64,000 nt of DNA from an uncultured Methylomirabilota bacterium (GTDB taxonomy: Bacteria; Methylomirabilota; Methylomirabilia; Methylomirabilales; 2-02-FULL-66-22), in NCBI GenBank assembly GCA_963845565.1, contig CAWJSJ010000003.1, positions 95,148 through 159,147 of the forward strand, given 5' to 3'. Of the stretch, positions 23,278-34,116 are shown piece after piece. Every line of letters starts with the position of its first letter. Positions within the stretch are counted from its first letter, which is position 1. The notes beneath the pieces are model-generated. The model was not told where the DNA came from. It saw only the letters and a program-made list of their open reading frames with translations, and searched no databases. Both the position numbers and the translations under genes were made by a program.

Positions 23278-24117
23278 ATGATGCGATCTGATGACCTGCG
23301 GGAACTGGAGCGGACCGCCTGGCGGCTGCGGCTGGAGCTGCTGCGGATGTTCGGCTTCGGCAAATTTCACCACTTCGGCGGTTCGTTCTCCTGCGCGGAA
23401 CTGGTGACGGCGCTCTATTTTCACAAGATGCACTATTCCGCGGCGCTCCACGACGCGCCGGAGCGGGACCGGTTCATCATGAGCAAGGGGCACACCGTGC
23501 CGGCCCAGTACGTGGCGCTCGCGATGCTGGGGGTCCTGCCGATGGAGGAGTTGCGCACAATCAAGCGGCTGGGCAGCCGACTGCAGGGCCACCCCGACAT
23601 CCTGAAGACGCCGGGTCTCGAAGCGCCCACGGGATCGCTCGGACAAGGCCTCTCCTACGCCAACGGCATCGCGCTCGCGGCACGGCTCGACGGTCTGCGG
23701 TTCAACGTCTACGTGCTCATGGGTGACGGCGAGTTGCAGGAGGGGCAGCCCTGGGAGGCGGCGATGACGACCAGCCACAGCGGGCTGGGGAACGTCTGCG
23801 TCCTGGTCGACCGCAATGGCCACCAGAGCCAGGGCTGCGTTTCCGAGATCATGAACATCGAGCCGCTCGAAAGAAAATGGGAGGCCTTCGGCTGGGACGC
23901 CGTCCGCGTGGACGGCCACGACATGACCGCGGTCTGCGGCGCACTCGACCGCGTCGACGGGACAAGCCGGCGCCCGCTGGCCATCATCGCGGACACGGTG
24001 AAGGGCAAGGGGGTCAGCTTCATGGAGAACACCTTCAAATTCCACAACGCCAACCTCACCGAGGCGCAGTTCCGTGCGGCCGAACAGGAGCTGCTGGCGC
24101 AGGTGGAGGGAAAGTGA
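23278..24117 (+). CDS. Transketolase, N-terminal subunit
   Basis: HFGGSFS, DRFIMSKGH, GSLGQG, GDGELQEG. Confidence 0.93.
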   Translation: MMRSDDLRELERTAWRLRLELLRMFGFGKFHHFGGSFSCAELVTALYFHKMHYSAALHDAPERDRFIMSKGHTVPAQYVALAMLGVLPMEELRTIKRLGSRLQGHPDILKTPGLEAPTGSLGQGLSYANGIALAARLDGLRFNVYVLMGDGELQEGQPWEAAMTTSHSGLGNVCVLVDRNGHQSQGCVSEIMNIEPLERKWEAFGWDAVRVDGHDMTAVCGALDRVDGTSRRPLAIIADTVKGKGVSFMENTFKFHNANLTEAQFRAAEQELLAQVEGK

Positions 24118-24121
24118 CCTC

Positions 24122-25066
24122 ATGAGCACAGAACGGACACGCGAGACGCGGGATGGGTACGGCGAGGGCCTGGTGCGGCTGGCGCACGCGCACACGGACG
24201 TCGTGGCCCTGGACTGCGACCTGGGCCGCTCCACGCGGGCGCACCGCATCACCGAGGCGGATGCCGCCCGGTTTTTCGACATGGGCATCGCCGAGCAGGA
24301 CATGATCTCCACCGCGGCGGGTATGGCGAAGATGGGCAAGACCGTCTTCGTGAACTCCTTCGCCGTGTTCGTCACCGGCCGGTCGTTCGACCAGATCCGT
24401 CAACAGGTCGCCCTGCCCCGTGCCAACGTCAAGGTCTGCGGATCCAGCGCGGGAATCACCCAGGGCCCGGATGGGGCGACGCACCAGTCGGTGGTGGATG
24501 TGGCCCTGATGCGCAGTTTGCCGAACATGACCGTGATCGTTCCGGCGGACGCCAGGCAGGCCGAGCAGGCCGTGGCGGCCGCGTACGAAAGGAAGGGGCC
24601 GGCCTACCTTCGCCTGTCGCGCTATCCCACGCCGGATTTCGTCCCGCCGGAACGCAATTTCCGGATCGGCGAGGCGCAGGTGCTGCGCGAAGGGGACGAC
24701 GTGTGCCTCTGCGGCTGCGGGCCGGTGCTGTGCAACGCCCTGGCGGCCGCAGACCTGCTGGAGGCGGACGGCATCCGGGCCGGGGTCGTCAATTTCCACA
24801 CGCTCAAACCGCTCGACGCCGAGGCCGTCGCTCGGTTGGCCGGGACGCACCGGCGGCTCGTCTCTGTCGAGGAACACAGCATATACGGCGGCCTCGGGAG
24901 CGCCCTGGCGGAAGTCCTCGCCGGGCGGGGTACGGGAACTCGCCTGCTGCCCCTCGGCGTCGCGGATACCTTCGGCGAGTCGGGCTCGGCGGACGAACTG
25001 CTGGCCAAGCACGGACTCGACGCCGCGGGAATCGCGGCGGCGGTGAAGCGACACCTGGGGGCCTGA
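24122..25066 (+). CDS. Transketolase, C-terminal subunit
   Basis: GIAEQDM, GPDGATHQ, EEHSIYGGLG. Confidence 0.93.
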   Translation: MSTERTRETRDGYGEGLVRLAHAHTDVVALDCDLGRSTRAHRITEADAARFFDMGIAEQDMISTAAGMAKMGKTVFVNSFAVFVTGRSFDQIRQQVALPRANVKVCGSSAGITQGPDGATHQSVVDVALMRSLPNMTVIVPADARQAEQAVAAAYERKGPAYLRLSRYPTPDFVPPERNFRIGEAQVLREGDDVCLCGCGPVLCNALAAADLLEADGIRAGVVNFHTLKPLDAEAVARLAGTHRRLVSVEEHSIYGGLGSALAEVLAGRGTGTRLLPLGVADTFGESGSADELLAKHGLDAAGIAAAVKRHLGA

Positions 25067-25234
25067 CCCATTCCCCAGGCGAAATGACCGGGCGCGGACC
25101 GGCGAGACCAAGGAGCCGCGAGGACGGATAGCGCGCGCCCACCGCCATGGGCGACGGGAAACCGGATTCCGTGGGAGCCGTCCGTCCTTTGATGCGCACG
25201 CGGCAATAACCTCAGACAGAGGAGCGACCGACCG

Positions 25235-26098
25235 ATGGACAACCCTGTCACCCAGCCGTTCGTTTCCCGATTACAGGGCAAGGCCGGGATCCTGACCGGC
25301 GGCAGCAGCGGTTTCGGATTCGAGATGGTCAAGGCCATCACGGCCCAGGGGGCCAATCTGGCGGTGTTCTCGGTGGACGATCTGCCCGCTGCCGGCCGGC
25401 AGGAACTCGACGCCCTCCGCCAGGCCGAGGCGGTCTACACGCGCAAGGACATCATGGCGCCCGGCGCGGCCGACGAGATGGTGGACGAGACGGTCGGGCG
25501 CTTCGGCCGACTGGATTTCGTCATCGCCAACGCCGGCTTCGCCATCCGGTTCGAGGAGCCGCTCCTGGAGATGCCGGCCGAGAAGATTGCCCAGGCGATG
25601 CGGACGCAGTTCGAGGTCTTCCCGATTGCGTTTGCCACGCTGGCCCTGCGGGCCGCTCGCGCCATGGCGCCCCGCTACCGCGGCCTGGCCCCCAACGCCA
25701 CCGGCCATCGCCCGGATTCCGGCGCCATCGTTGCGACCCTTTCGGTCGCGGCCCTCATCCCGTTGCGCGACGACCTCTTGGCCTACGCGGCGGCCAAGCG
25801 GGCCGGCCTGTCGGTCATGGAGAGCCTGGCCGCCACGCTGGGGCCGCTGAACATCCGGGTCAACGCCATCGCTCCAGGCTTCGCCAACACCGCCGGCCCC
25901 CAGAAGTTCTACAGCCGCTTCCCCAACATCCGCGCCGACATCGAAGGGCGGTGCCACCTGGGCCCCTCGTTCCTGCACCCCGGCGCGGTGGTGTCTGCCG
26001 TGCTGTACCTGCTCACGGACAACTACGTCACGAGCCAGTGCATCGGCTTGGACGGGGGATACACCAACAACACGTGCCGGTATTTCCAGGGGGAGTAG
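25235..26098 (+). CDS. SDR family oxidoreductase
   Basis: TGGSSGFG, ANAG, YAAAK, RVNAIAPG. Confidence 0.9.
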   Translation: MDNPVTQPFVSRLQGKAGILTGGSSGFGFEMVKAITAQGANLAVFSVDDLPAAGRQELDALRQAEAVYTRKDIMAPGAADEMVDETVGRFGRLDFVIANAGFAIRFEEPLLEMPAEKIAQAMRTQFEVFPIAFATLALRAARAMAPRYRGLAPNATGHRPDSGAIVATLSVAALIPLRDDLLAYAAAKRAGLSVMESLAATLGPLNIRVNAIAPGFANTAGPQKFYSRFPNIRADIEGRCHLGPSFLHPGAVVSAVLYLLTDNYVTSQCIGLDGGYTNNTCRYFQGE

Positions 26099-26178
26099 GC
26101 ATGCACGGCGCACGCAGCGCCGCGGATCCCCCCGCGTCCCGATGATGCCCGCGACCGGTGGGCTGGAGGAGAGCGCAC

Positions 26179-27417
26179 ATGTACCGCCCGGACAGCGTCT
26201 TCGAGTTCTCCCTGAACCAGTTCGTCAAGTTCGGCGCCGGCGCCTGCGCGGAGCTCGGCTACGAGGCGAAGAAGCTCGGCGGCAGCAAGGCCCTGATCGT
26301 CACGGATAAGGGGGTCGTGGGCGCCGGCATCCTGCAGAGCATCCTCCCCCCCCTGGAGCGCGAGGGGATCCCGTGCGCGGTGTTCGACGCCGTGATTCCG
26401 GAGCCGACGGACCACACCTTCTCCGAATGCCTGGCGTTTGCCAAGCAGGACACCTACGACATCATCATCGGGGTGGGGGGCGGCAGCGCCATCGACGTGG
26501 CCAAGACCGTCGGGATTCTCCTGAAATACGGCGGCGACCTGCTGGACTATGTTGCGCCCCCCACCGGCCGGGGGAAGCCCATCCCCGGCATGGGCGTTCC
26601 GGTCATCGCCTGTCCCACCACGGCGGGAACCGGGGCCGAGGTCTCGCCGGCCGCCGTCATCTCCTTCAAAGAGTTGAAGCTCAAGGCGGGGATCTCGAGT
26701 CCGTATCAGCGGCCGACCCTGGCGCTGGTCGATCCGTGTCTGTGCATCAGTGTACCGCCCAGGGTGACCGCCTTCACGGGCATGGACGCCCTGTGCCACG
26801 CCATCGAAAGCTATGTCACCAGGCAATACGACCGGAAGGCGATGCCGGACACCCCCGCCAAGCGACCGGTCTATGGCGGCTGCAATCCGTTGAGCGATGC
26901 GATTGCCCTGCGGGCCGTCCAGCTCGTTTCCACCTACCTGCGCCGGGCCTGCGACAACGGCGAGGATCTGGAGGCACGCTGGGGCATGTCCCTGGGCAGC
27001 CTGATGGCCGGCATCGCCTTCACCAACTCTGGGCTGGGATTGGTCCATGCCATCGCGCTCAGCCTCGGAGGGAAACATCCCATCTCGCACGGCGAGACGG
27101 TGGCCATCCTCCTGCCGGCCGTCATGGAGTACAATGCCCCCAGCAACTTCGCGAAGTTCGAGGAGATCGCCCGGATCATGGGCGAGGACACGGAAGGACT
27201 GTCGCGCATGGATGCGGCCGCGCTCGCCGTGCAGGCCGTCAAGCGGCTGGCGGCGGATATCGGCATCCCGTCGAGCCTGAAGGCCGTGGGAGTCGCCGAG
27301 GAGGACCTGGCCCTGATCGCCGAGGATACGTTGAAGGTGCAGCGCCTCTTGGTGGGGAATCCCCGCCGCGTCAGCACGGCGGCGCAGGTCGATTCGGTGT
27401 TGCGAAAGATCTTCTGA
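26179..27417 (+). CDS. Fe-containing alcohol dehydrogenase, hydroxyacid-oxoacid transhydrogenase-like
   Basis: GGGSAIDVAK, PTTAGTGAE, DALCHAIESY, HOT-like insert RPVYGGCNPLSD. Confidence 0.85.
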   Translation: MYRPDSVFEFSLNQFVKFGAGACAELGYEAKKLGGSKALIVTDKGVVGAGILQSILPPLEREGIPCAVFDAVIPEPTDHTFSECLAFAKQDTYDIIIGVGGGSAIDVAKTVGILLKYGGDLLDYVAPPTGRGKPIPGMGVPVIACPTTAGTGAEVSPAAVISFKELKLKAGISSPYQRPTLALVDPCLCISVPPRVTAFTGMDALCHAIESYVTRQYDRKAMPDTPAKRPVYGGCNPLSDAIALRAVQLVSTYLRRACDNGEDLEARWGMSLGSLMAGIAFTNSGLGLVHAIALSLGGKHPISHGETVAILLPAVMEYNAPSNFAKFEEIARIMGEDTEGLSRMDAAALAVQAVKRLAADIGIPSSLKAVGVAEEDLALIAEDTLKVQRLLVGNPRRVSTAAQVDSVLRKIF

Positions 27418-27469
27418 TCGTCCGGCGGCTCGCCGCACGGGGCGCCGTGCGATTCCGCCTGCCGCCCGG

Positions 27470-27982
27470 CTATCGTCCCCGGAGGATGCGCTGCGGCGTA
27501 GGTGAAGGCGTGGAAGTAGCGCCGCCAGGATTCGCGCTTGAGCCGTAGCGGTTGTCGAACCGAAGGAATCGGCCAGAACTTCCCGCAACCGGGTCAGTTC
27601 CCGAGACGCGCCCGATGCTCGGCATCGGCATGGTGAGGTCCAGGAGTTCCAGCGCCCGCTCGAACGCCCGGCCGGCGGACTCCGCATTTCCCTGTCGTCC
27701 CCCGCCACCCAGAGCGAACTTCGCCTTCCTGCGACATGGGCAAGCTGGTCCGGAGTGGAACGTGAACGCTCGTCCAGTCTGCCGGCATCCCGTGTTCGTT
27801 GTCACCCCTTCAGCCAGGTTGGCCTGGATCTCTCGCCGAATTCTGCCGGCCAGCCACCACGTGTCGTTGATGTCCTCCGGCTCCTCGAGATCCGGTGGGA
27901 GCGCCGCCACGAGAGAGATCCGGCACTCGGCACACGTGCCGACGCCTTCCACGTACTCGGCCTTGCACGCGGGACACCACAT
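27470..27982 (-). pseudogene. Zn-ribbon N-terminus joined to a frameshifted small helical hypothetical protein
   Basis: MWCPACKAEY..CAEC after a GGAGG RBS; downstream AFERALELLDLT / RELTRLREVLAD / FDNRYGSS lie in different frames. Confidence 0.5.
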
Positions 27983-28224
27983 GGTTTCACCTCCGGGTGG
28001 AGGCCTGGCCGCGGGTCCCCGACCGACGGAGCCCCACCACCAGGACCGGACCGCGCCTGCTCGCCGGACGCTCGGCTCGGACCCATTAGACCGGATCGAG
28101 GGACATTCCGCAGCCGTCGCGAGAGGTCGTCGTGTCGCGCGTCGGCCGCGGTGGGAATCTCGATCCGCGGAGACGTGGTCGGAGGGACAAACGCAGAGGT
28201 GGGTGAACTCGATGATCCCTGGAA

Positions 28225-28995
28225 TCAGGCGCGCGCCAGAAACTCGCCCAGGGGACGCACCTGCACCCCAGCCGCGTCCAGCGCCTCGCGCACGGCCTTC
28301 GCGATCATGCCGGCCCCGGGCGTGTCCCCGTGCAGGCAGATGGTGTCGGCGTGCAGGCGGATCTCCGTGCCGGTGATCGCCGTCACGGTCCCCTTGGCCA
28401 ATCCGATGACTCGCGCGGCGACCCGATCCGGATCCGTGATGAGCGAACCGGAAATCTTGCGCGCCACCAGGCTCCCATCCTCGTTGTACGCCCGGTCCCC
28501 GAAGGCCTCGCCCGCCACGCGCACGCCAACCTCCTGCGCCGCCCGAAGCATCTCGGAACCCGGCAGGCCCATCAGAATCAGGTCACCGCCGGCGTCTTTC
28601 ACCCCCTCGGCGATGCCGAGAGACAGCTCCCGATCCTTGGCCGCCACGTTGTAGATCGCCCCGTGCGGCTTGACGTGTTGAAGCCGCAACCCGGCCGCCT
28701 CCACGAAGGCGCGGAGCGCCCCGATCTGGTACAGCATGTAGTCCCGGGCCTCCTGGCGGGTGATCTGCATGACCCGGCGGCCGAAGCCGAGGAGATCCGG
28801 ATAGCTGGGATGGGCGCCCACCGCCACCCCCAGGGCCTTCGCCCGCGCAACCGTCTGCCGCATCACGTGCGGGTCGCCGCCATGCCAGCCACAGGCCACG
28901 TTGGCCGATGTCACCCACTTGAGAATTTCCTCGTCGGCGCCAATACTGTACGCGCCGAACGACTCTCCCATGTCGCTGTTCAGGTCGATCTGCAT
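28225..28995 (-). CDS. pxpA: 5-oxoprolinase subunit A (LamB/YcsF)
   Basis: IDLNSDMGESFG, ANVACGWHGGDP, HVKPHGA, CLHGDT. Confidence 0.95.
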   Translation of the reverse strand: MQIDLNSDMGESFGAYSIGADEEILKWVTSANVACGWHGGDPHVMRQTVARAKALGVAVGAHPSYPDLLGFGRRVMQITRQEARDYMLYQIGALRAFVEAAGLRLQHVKPHGAIYNVAAKDRELSLGIAEGVKDAGGDLILMGLPGSEMLRAAQEVGVRVAGEAFGDRAYNEDGSLVARKISGSLITDPDRVAARVIGLAKGTVTAITGTEIRLHADTICLHGDTPGAGMIAKAVREALDAAGVQVRPLGEFLARA

Positions 28996-29101
28996 CGCCA
29001 CGCTCCGCTTTCGCTTGGCCGCCCGGCAGCCCGGCGGCCCCGTCCCTGTCGCTGTCGCTGTCTCTGTCGCCCCGTCCCCTGTTCCTGTCGCGCTTGTCTT
29101 C

Positions 29102-29806
29102 CTAGATCCCCAGGTACACCTTGCGAACCATCTCCGACTCCAGGAGTTCCTGGGCCAGGCCGGACACCACCATGCGGCCGCTCTCCAGCAGGTAGCCGCG
29201 GTGGGACGCGCCCAGGGCCAACTGGACGTTCTGCTCGATGAAGAGGACGGTTACGCCGGCGGCATTGATCTTCGCGATAATCTCCACGATCTTCTGCACG
29301 ATGATCGGGGCGAGTCCCAGGAAGGGCTCGTCCACCATCAGGAATCGCGGGCGCGACATCAGCCCGCGCGCGATGGCCGCCATCTGCTGCTCGCCGCCGG
29401 ACAGACTATAGGCGAGCTGGTTCCGCCGCTCCCGCAGGATGGGAAACAGCTCGAAGACCCACTCCAGGCTTCCTGCCCGCTGCGCACGCGCCCGGGGCTG
29501 GTAGCTCCCGAGCAGTAGATTCTTCTCGACGGTCAGATAGGGGAACAGGCGGCGCTGCTCCATGACCTGCGAGAGTCCTCGCGTCACGATCTCGTGCGTG
29601 GGCAGACCGTCGATCCGTTCGCCGCAAAACTCCACGCGCCCTCCGGACGGCTTGACCAGCCCGGAGACGGCGCTGATCAGCGTGCTCTTCCCGGCGCCGT
29701 TGGGGCCGAGCAGGCAGACCACCTCCCCCTCCCGGACGTCGAGCGACACCCCCCAGAGCGCCTGGAAGTCCCCGTACTTCACTTCCAGATCCTGCACGTG
29801 CAGCAC
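29102..29806 (-). CDS. Branched-chain amino acid-type ABC ATPase (LivF-like)
   Basis: GPNGAGKS, LSGGEQQM. Confidence 0.93.
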   Translation of the reverse strand: MLHVQDLEVKYGDFQALWGVSLDVREGEVVCLLGPNGAGKSTLISAVSGLVKPSGGRVEFCGERIDGLPTHEIVTRGLSQVMEQRRLFPYLTVEKNLLLGSYQPRARAQRAGSLEWVFELFPILRERRNQLAYSLSGGEQQMAAIARGLMSRPRFLMVDEPFLGLAPIIVQKIVEIIAKINAAGVTVLFIEQNVQLALGASHRGYLLESGRMVVSGLAQELLESEMVRKVYLGI

Positions 29807-29809
29807 GGG

Positions 29810-30571
29810 CTACCTCCCCGTCCCCGGCCCGGCATTCTCCGCCGCCGGCACCACGAAGGTGTCTCCCAGATACGCCTCGATCACCCGCCGCTCTTTGACC
29901 ACGGCCGCGGGCGACCCGTCGGCGATCACCTCCCCCAGGTGCAAGGCCACGATCCGGTCCGAGACGGACATGATCACGCGCATGTTGTGCTCGATCACCA
30001 CCAGCGTCAACCCTTGCTGGGTCCGGAGGCGGCCGATGAGCTGCAACAGTGTGGGAATCGTCCGCTGGTCCACCCCTCCCGTCACTTCGTCCAGCAACAG
30101 AAGCCGCGGCTTGGTGGCCATGGCCCGCGCCATCTCCAGGCGCTTGCGCTCGCCGATGCTGAGGTTTCGCGCCCCGGCGTCCCGCTTGTCCGCCAACTCC
30201 ACGATCTCCAGGTAGCCGATCGCCTCCCGTCGGGCCGCGGCCGGGTCCGGCGTGTGCTGCATACCGGCCACCATGACGTTCTCGACCACCGTCATGCCGA
30301 GGAACGGGCGGACCTTCTGGAAGGTGCGCCCGATCCCCAGGCGATTCACCTCGTCGGGCCGGAGGCCGACCAGGTCGTGGCCGCGGAACGTGATGCGCCC
30401 CGCCGTGGGCGGGTAGAAGCCCGTGATCTGCTCGAACAGCGTGCTCTTGCCCGCACCGTTCGGACCAATGAGGCCCAGGATCTCGCCCTCCTCGACCGTG
30501 AAGCTGACGTTGTTATTGGCCACCAAGCCGCCGAAGCGCTTGGTCACCCCCTCCAGCGCGAGCAGAGCCAT
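29810..30571 (-). CDS. ABC ATPase (LivG-like)
   Basis: KRFGGL, GPNGAGKS, RTFQ, LLDE, EAYLG. Confidence 0.93.
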   Translation of the reverse strand: MALLALEGVTKRFGGLVANNNVSFTVEEGEILGLIGPNGAGKSTLFEQITGFYPPTAGRITFRGHDLVGLRPDEVNRLGIGRTFQKVRPFLGMTVVENVMVAGMQHTPDPAAARREAIGYLEIVELADKRDAGARNLSIGERKRLEMARAMATKPRLLLLDEVTGGVDQRTIPTLLQLIGRLRTQQGLTLVVIEHNMRVIMSVSDRIVALHLGEVIADGSPAAVVKERRVIEAYLGDTFVVPAAENAGPGTGR

Positions 30572-31569
30572 CAGCGCCTCCCCCACCGCCGGAACATGCC
30601 GACGAGCCCCGCCGGTTGGAAGACCGCCATGGTGGTCAGCAGGGCGCCGTAGATGAGCAGGTCCACGGCGCTCCCGGTGCCGCCCCATTTGATGCGGGTG
30701 AACTCCGACAGCGGCAGCATCAGGGCCGAGCCGACCAGCGGCCCCCAGAGCGTCCCGGTGCCGCCGACCACCGTCAAGAGACAGACCAGGATGGACAGCG
30801 AGAGCGGGAACACGCTGTCGGGATCGAGGTAAAGCAGGTATTGGGCGTAAAAGGTTCCTCCGGCCGCCATGAAGCCCGCCGAGATCGCCATGGCGATGAG
30901 CTTGTACTTGGTGACCGAGATCCCCACGCTCTGCGCTGCGTCGGGGTCTTCGCGGACGGCCTTGAGGTAGTACCCCAGCCGGGCGCGCTCGATGCGCCAG
31001 GTGACGTAGAAACAGACGGCCATCAACGCCAGGATGATGTAATAGTAGAGATACTTGGTGCCGTGGAACTGGAAGGCGGCCAGCGAGTCCTGCCGGATCG
31101 GTAGCGTGAGTCCCCGGGCGCCCCCGATAAACTCCCAATTGATGGCCAACGTGTGGATGATCTCGCCGATGGCGATCGTCGCAATCGCAAAGTAGTGCCC
31201 GCGCAGCCGGAAGCAGGGGTACCCGATCACCTGCGACAGCGCCACGGCCAGGATCACTCCGATGACCAACCCCAGCCAGGGATTCACGCCGAATGCCATC
31301 TGGAGCGCGCTCGAGGTGTACGCCCCCGTCCCGAAGAAGACCGCATGACCGAGCGAGACTTGCCCGCAGTAACCGGCCAGGATGTTCCAGGCCTGGGCCA
31401 GCATCGCGAACAAGAGGACCTTGATGGCCAGGTCTCGGTGGTATGGCATCGTGAAGACCAGCGGGAACGCCAGGGCCACGACGACGAGGATGCCGAAGAG
31501 GGCGCTCAACACTTTTCGACGCCCACGGGAGCTTTGCCCTACCGTGTCCACCGTCTTTTCGGTCGCCAT
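30571..31569 (-). CDS. ABC permease (LivM-like)
   Basis: WNILAGYCGQVSLGH, GGTGTLWGP. Confidence 0.93.
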   Translation of the reverse strand: MATEKTVDTVGQSSRGRRKVLSALFGILVVVALAFPLVFTMPYHRDLAIKVLLFAMLAQAWNILAGYCGQVSLGHAVFFGTGAYTSSALQMAFGVNPWLGLVIGVILAVALSQVIGYPCFRLRGHYFAIATIAIGEIIHTLAINWEFIGGARGLTLPIRQDSLAAFQFHGTKYLYYYIILALMAVCFYVTWRIERARLGYYLKAVREDPDAAQSVGISVTKYKLIAMAISAGFMAAGGTFYAQYLLYLDPDSVFPLSLSILVCLLTVVGGTGTLWGPLVGSALMLPLSEFTRIKWGGTGSAVDLLIYGALLTTMAVFQPAGLVGMFRRWGRR

Positions 31570-32447
31570 CAGAATTTCCCGAACAGGCCTTGCGGCCGGA
31601 TCAGCACCACGATGAGGTAAACGAGGAACACGGCCACATACTTGAACGCTGGGGCGATGAGCAGGCCCCCAAGGACCTCGATGACGCCGATGATGATGCC
31701 GGCCGCCAGCGACCCGGGAATACTCCCGAAGCCTCCGAGAGCCACGGTCACATACGCGATCAGGCCGAACAGGCTTCCGACATAGGGGAAGACGTAGAAA
31801 AAGCTGGCGAGGAACGCCCCGGCGATGCCGACGGTGGCCGAACTGATCCCCCAGCCCAATGTGAACATTCGCTCGGTGTTGATCCCCATCAGCGCCGCGG
31901 CCTGCCGATCCTGGGCCGTCGCCTCGAGGGCGGCCCCCGTCTCGGTCTTGGTGATGAACCAGTAGAGGAAGCCGAAGGCCAAGAGCGAAGCGGCGCTCGC
32001 CACGAGCTGCGGAAGGCCGACGGAGATCCCAAAGATCTTCACCGGACCCTGCACCAGCGGCTTCGCCACCTGCCGAAAGTCCGGCGACCAGAGGAACTGG
32101 GCGGCCGCCCGGATGAAGATCCCCAGGCCGAAGGTCGCGAAGATCTGCGCCAGCATGGGGGCGCCCAGAATCCGCTTGATGATGCCCTTGTGTGTGGCCC
32201 ACCCCACGGCGAAGAGGACCGCCCCGCAGACCGGGACGCTGAAGAGCGGGTCCAGGGCGAACAGGGTGTACATCCAGAACGCCGTGTACATGCCCAGCAT
32301 CAGAAACTCGCCGTGGGCGAAGTTCACGATCTCCATCAGGCCGAAGATCAGACTGAGGCCCGCGGCGATGAGCGCATAGAGGCACCCCATGAGGATCCCG
32401 CTCATGATCCCCTGGATCAGGACCTCGGCAGACGGTAGCTCCATCAT
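31569..32447 (-). CDS. ABC permease (LivH-like)
   Basis: GLSLIFGLMEIVNFAHG, LGGFGSIPG. Confidence 0.93.
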   Translation of the reverse strand: MMELPSAEVLIQGIMSGILMGCLYALIAAGLSLIFGLMEIVNFAHGEFLMLGMYTAFWMYTLFALDPLFSVPVCGAVLFAVGWATHKGIIKRILGAPMLAQIFATFGLGIFIRAAAQFLWSPDFRQVAKPLVQGPVKIFGISVGLPQLVASAASLLAFGFLYWFITKTETGAALEATAQDRQAAALMGINTERMFTLGWGISSATVGIAGAFLASFFYVFPYVGSLFGLIAYVTVALGGFGSIPGSLAAGIIIGVIEVLGGLLIAPAFKYVAVFLVYLIVVLIRPQGLFGKF

Positions 32448-32519
32448 AGATATACAACAGGGGCGGGGATTCGCGTCTGGCACACCCCCGCCCCCGGCTC
32501 CCCTCGTGGTGGTCCGGTG

Positions 32520-32624
32520 TTAGGAGCCGTTACGAAATAACCTATACATCTCTTTCTATTTCGTTACGGCTCCTTATGCCGTTTTGGAATGTCTCCGCTC
32601 AACTAATTCTTTGACAACGGCTTA
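32520..32624. mobile_element. MITE-like element family A, copy 2
   Basis: Near-identical to copy 1; terminal TTA is the TAA stop of the upstream SBP gene. Confidence 0.75.
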
Positions 32625-33902
32625 CTTGCGCTGCGACCAGGCCGGGACCGGATAGTTCGCGTCCTTCAGGGCCAGGTCGAACGGATAGATGGTGTGATAG
32701 CTTCCGCCCTGCAGCTGCTGCAGGATCGCGCGCACGCCGATGTTCTGCCCCTTCTCGTCGAACTTCACCCCGGTCCAAGGCATCAGGAGCTGGTCGGCGG
32801 GGAGATTCGTCTCCCGGAGCGCCTTCTGGATGGCCGCGGGGTCGGTCGAGCCGGCGCGGTTGATGGCATCGGCCAGCGTAAGGAACCCGGTGAAGGCCCG
32901 GGCCGAGACGTCGGCCATGTCGCGGCCGCCGGACAGCTTCTTGAACATGTCGTTGACGGCCGGGATGAGCGGCTTCTTGGCCGCCAGATCGAGCGCAAAC
33001 GGCGCCCGCGTGATGGCCGCCTCGGCGTCCTTCCCCATCTCGGACACGAACTTCGGGTCCGTGTAGCCCGCGTTCTGCGCGATGAGCAGCTTCGGGTTAT
33101 AGTCCAGGTTCCGCATGGTCCGGGTCAGCAGGATGGCGTCCGAGGTGTAGAGGCTGGGGAGGAACACGTCCGCGTTGGTGGACTTCAGCCGCCCCACTTC
33201 GGCGTCCAGGCTCGTGGTGCCGGCGCGGAAGGCGATCTTGGTCGCCACCTGGTAGTTGTATTTCTTGGCCAGGGCCTCCTGGACCTTCGCGCTGTCCGTT
33301 CCGAAGGTCGTGTCCTCGTTCAGGATGGCCACCGACTTGAACTGCACGTTCCGCTTCTTCTCCAGATCCTTCATGAAATCGAACATGACCACGCTGAAGT
33401 GTTCATCATGCGGGCTGGTCCGGAAGAACCACTTGAACCCGCGCTCCGTGAGCGCCGGCGATGACGAGTCGGCGTTCATGAACGGGATGCCCATCCGCTC
33501 GGCCACCTGGCTGGCCGTGTTCGTGACGCTGGAGAAGTACGCCCCAAAGAGCGCGTGGACCTTCTCCTGGGTGATCAGCCGCTCCGCCTCGGACAGGCCG
33601 ATCTCCGGCTTGCCCTGGTGATCCACCTTCACGATGCGGACCTTGGCGTTGCCCAGCCGCGGCAGGCCGACGCCCTTGCCCAGAGGCAGATTGACATCCA
33701 CGTCATTGTTGATGATGTCCAGCGCCACCTGGATCACGTTGAGCGCGTCGATCCCGATCTGGGCCGACGGGCCGGTCATCGGATACAGCACCCCGATGAC
33801 CACTTCCTTCGCCTGAGCGTGGGCATAACCGGCGCATCCAAGCATCATCCCGATCAGCGCGACCGTCGTCAGGAAGCCTCGCATTCCCCTTGTCATCCGC
33901 AT
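32622..33902 (-). CDS. ABC substrate-binding protein (LivK/LivJ-like)
   Basis: Signal peptide, IGVLYPMTG, FFRTSP. Confidence 0.92.
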   Translation of the reverse strand: MRMTRGMRGFLTTVALIGMMLGCAGYAHAQAKEVVIGVLYPMTGPSAQIGIDALNVIQVALDIINNDVDVNLPLGKGVGLPRLGNAKVRIVKVDHQGKPEIGLSEAERLITQEKVHALFGAYFSSVTNTASQVAERMGIPFMNADSSSPALTERGFKWFFRTSPHDEHFSVVMFDFMKDLEKKRNVQFKSVAILNEDTTFGTDSAKVQEALAKKYNYQVATKIAFRAGTTSLDAEVGRLKSTNADVFLPSLYTSDAILLTRTMRNLDYNPKLLIAQNAGYTDPKFVSEMGKDAEAAITRAPFALDLAAKKPLIPAVNDMFKKLSGGRDMADVSARAFTGFLTLADAINRAGSTDPAAIQKALRETNLPADQLLMPWTGVKFDEKGQNIGVRAILQQLQGGSYHTIYPFDLALKDANYPVPAWSQRK

Positions 33903-33959
33903 CGCCCTTCTCCTTGCTGAATGTCCCCCGTGCCACCGCCGCGATCCGAAGGGCCTCGA

Positions 33960-34050
33960 CCCCTCTCTTTCCCTGTCTCTTCCCTGTCTCTGTCGCTATC
34001 CCTGTCTCTGTCGCTGTCCCTGTCCCTATCCCTTTCCACTGTCCCCTATC
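33960..34050. repeat. Hexamer low-complexity tract (CCTGTC/GCTGTC); similar tracts at ~29041-29095 and ~40795-40815
   Basis: Direct reading of tandem degenerate hexamers. Confidence 0.65.
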
Positions 34051-34116
34051 GGACATCCCTGCGCGCCCTCGCCCTCTGTCGTGCCCTAGTAAATCGCTGA
34101 ATAACTCGCTGTCGCT

